A DNA stretch of 63,855 nucleotides, counting the filler, from Reticulomyxa filosa (lineage: Eukaryota > Protista > Foraminifera): assembly GCA_000512085.1 (NCBI GenBank). It is 15 parts of 15 records of this genome, joined end to end, with 100 filler letters (N's around TTAATTAATTAA, not from the genome) between each part and the next. Parts side by side here need not be neighbours in the genome. Positions count along the whole stretch, not along the records: positions 60,244 to 63,855 come from ASPP01019884.1; 14 more parts are not named here. One strand, written 5' to 3'. The number at the start of each line of letters is the position of its first letter. Within the stretch, counting starts at the first letter, position 1. The notes under the pieces were generated by a model, which had not been told where the DNA came from, did no database searches, and worked only from the letters and a program-made list of their open reading frames with translations. Shown here in pieces: positions 61,097 through 63,855 of this stretch. The position numbers were made by a program, and so were the translations under genes.

Positions 61097-63417
61097 ATGA
61101 CAAACATGAAAAAATTAAATAAGCTTTTGAACCAAAACGTTACTATTTTCAATGGACAGTCCACACCCCTTCGTAGGAGGAAAAAGAATTGCATGTCTTC
61201 ATTTGTAGATTCCGGGCTATCTTTGGTAGATATACCAGGGGATGTCTTTCAACAACTGCTAGACAATTTGGAAATACAGGATGTGGCGTCCTTGGCATTA
61301 GTTTGTAAATTAATAAACAAAACGACGCAAAAGTTGAATGTATTTGACTTGACCCCTTTTGGGACTGACGAATTTCCGCTCTCCGTGTTGAAAAGTTACA
61401 AACAGAAAAAAATTTGTTTGACAATGGCGTACATTTGAACAATGAAATATTAGGGACATTGAGGATATTACATGGGATTCCATCGACATGGAAAATTCCC
61501 TACGGTGGTTATTTAGTCGATAGCGAAGTATTGCATGAACTGCAAAAGAAATTTATGGATGAGCACAAGAAAGTTTTCTATATTAAACACTTACACTTAA
61601 CAGCGAAGCCTTGTCTTCCAGGATATGTTTTCTCTTTGCCAGGGTCATTGGCCCCGTTTTTGTCGTTGCTGCAAATGTGTCTGCCGCACTTGCAATCGTT
61701 GATATTTGATCCCAACTCGCAATGGTATCATGACATGTTTGACAATCTCCTGTTCGGCAAAGACTTAAAACATCTTTGTCTCCCTCTCGTTTCTCAAGTA
61801 CGTTTGTGCTCAACATAAATAACATTGGCAGACATTGCAGTCGCGTAACATACATACATTCACACACAAAAGCGTCTCATGTTCCATTACGACACAAAGT
61901 TGAAAAGTTTGAGGCTATTCGGACAAAGGCATTCGAATTTGCTGCATTTGTCTTTGCTTGAGTTTGAGGAACAGAGGCCGTTGCGCTTCTCTGCATTGCA
62001 GAGTTTGCATGTGCATCGGGCAAAGGTGGACGCGGAGCTCCATCAGTTCCTTGACTTTGTCCATTGCAATCTCAAGAGTCTATCCACCTTACAAGTGACT
62101 TTTTGTAAGTTCTCAAAGCACTCTCGGACCACGGCCACCAGTTCTATTCAAATGTATCGCTGACACACGACCTTTATTTGTACATAGGCACACAAATAAG
62201 TAATCTATTGCACTATGTGTGTGCGTGTTTGTGTCAGTTGGCAAGAGAGGCCAACAAGCAACTTGACGCGGCTGACGCTTGGAGGAGTGAAAGTGACTGA
62301 GAAATGCGTGAAATCGATTGGACTGAACTTTGCAAGTTCGTTGGAAGTATTGGACACTTTTAAATGCGAATGGGTGTACGAATACGAACAACTGAAAAGT
62401 TTACAAAACTTGGCTTGTTTGAAACATTTGGCCTTACGAGACCTGTGCATTCGGGTATTACATCACAGAGACGGCAATCGTTTGATTACGAAGCGAAAGT
62501 TCCAATCCAAAGACTTTCATACGCTTCCCTATCAGCAAATTGCAAAGTATCATCACTTGGAAGCCATGTTATCTCAAAGCATCTTCAAAGATTCACATCC
62601 AGACATTTGTATTGTTGTCAGCTATGCAAACGTCTTACCAATATGGGCAAAAGTATTTCCATTCATTTATATCTATCTATTCACATTCATTTGTTTATAT
62701 TCATCTGTATTTATGTTAGCCAAGCGCACCAGATATTTCAAGCGAAATGGAAATGAAAGAAACACCAATTACGACCACAAGCAATGAAGCCTTTGAACGA
62801 TGCTCTTTTTGTGGAGTTAAAGTCCCCTATCGGTCAATGATGGATCACTGCCAAAACATATGTCCCAATGCGCGCATTGAGTGTCATCTGTGCCAAGCTA
62901 TCATTGAGAGAAAACACCAAGTGGATCATTGGACCAATGATTGCTTGCATTACAACATTGTATGTAGTATTTGCAAAAAGGAATTCAAGGGCAGAAAAAG
63001 TTGGCTCCAACATCAAACAGGTTTCCTTTTTTTATTGCAATAATCGTGATAACTAAACTTTACTTGGACATTGGTTGGGAAATAGATCGTCATAACGGTT
63101 ATGAAAGAGATTGTCAGAAATATTCTTATGTTTTTGAGGAATTTGAAAAAGATAAACAATGGGTGTTGGATTACAGTCTATCCTCCGCTGTGAAAACTGT
63201 TTGGTCCTGCAAGAAGTGTTCACACAGAAATTTCGGTGTCAAAAATAATGTTGCTTCTTTGTGGCCCCTCAATCATGACAACATTGAACACTCATGGAAG
63301 GGATTGCCTTGGAATATTCCCTCAAACAAAATTACCCATTTTTTGCCACAATACAACATTTGTGAAAAATGCAGTACTCCACAATTTCAAAGATTATTTC
63401 AAATCAAATATACTTAA
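61097..63417 (+). CDS. F-box + LRR-like + TRAF-type zinc fingers + RanBP2-like zinc finger protein, 5 exons
   Basis: F-box LVDIPGDVFQQLLDNLEIQDVASLALVCK; LxxLxL repeats; CSFC...HCQNICP...CHLC...HWTNDC...CSIC; WSCKKC...N...CEKCSTP. GT-AG introns join these in frame. One frameshift lies in an A run at about 61410. The start could be 61097, 61106 or 61193. Confidence 0.75.
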
Positions 63418-63855
63418 TAATACTCTTGAACTAACTCACTCCTTTCGTTTGATTTCATTTTCGTTTATGATTTGTTCAATAGTGTTGTATATTACTACAC
63501 ATACAGTATGTGGGTCACTTGTGACGCTTTCTCGAAGACAAAAAAAGGCTTCGAGCAACTTTTTTATTGTTTTAATCTGTACAGTGATGTTGAGTGTCAC
63601 TACTTTTCGACTTTGTACTCTGTAGCCAATATCCTTTTATCTTTTGAAACTGTCAATGCTTTTCCTTTTTTTAAAAAATTTAAGCATGAACAATAGAAAA
63701 TACAAATAGGTCACTCCTAAATAATAACTACACCAATTACCGATTGTTTTTTTGTTTGTGTATGATTTTAAGAATTATTTTTCACTTTTCAGTTTTTTAA
63801 CACATAAAAAAATTTCAATGTATCGCCCTGAAAGATCATTTAATGATTTTATGTG

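Noticed and set aside
61405-61415. Programmed frameshifting at A-run shifts (also near 39236 and 52645)
   Set aside because: Single-base indels in homopolymers are most simply sequencing errors, and no stimulatory structure is evident.

Overview
This window is not one locus. It is 15 unrelated contigs joined by 14 artificial 100-bp spacers (44 N + TTAATTAATTAA + 44 N). Fourteen contigs come from an AT-rich, intron-rich eukaryote. The expanded WD40 family ('GGNGYTICSGS'), the TRAF-type zinc-finger remnants and an EFL remnant point to a foraminiferan such as Reticulomyxa filosa (inference, not verified). One contig (7669-10093) is bacterial: an alphaproteobacterial, Rickettsiales-like rpsP-rimM-trmD-rplS operon, probably from a co-sequenced endosymbiont. 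Eukaryotic genes seen: a ProP/MHS-type MFS transporter, four WD40 genes, a tandem-DEP protein, a pseudo-caspase/TPR protein, a putative CE-clan-like cysteine protease, an HPAT/SGT1-like glycosyltransferase exon, an ABCA fragment, a Rap-like GTPase, a probable SHOC1/Zip2 meiotic XPF-like gene, a calponin-homology protein and an F-box/LRR/zinc-finger protein. There is also a decayed APE-type LINE with a nested insertion, a MITE-like element and several pseudogene remnants. Best leads: (i) an unannotated ~1-kb dispersed element with a duplicated twin-hairpin motif, found on two contigs and each time followed by kilobases of ORF-less, GC-richer DNA; (ii) patchworks of unrelated gene fragments (SWEET+sirtuin; actin+EFL); (iii) the SHOC1-like gene; (iv) the catalytically dead caspase-TPR protein. 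All calls were made by eye; no database searches were run.
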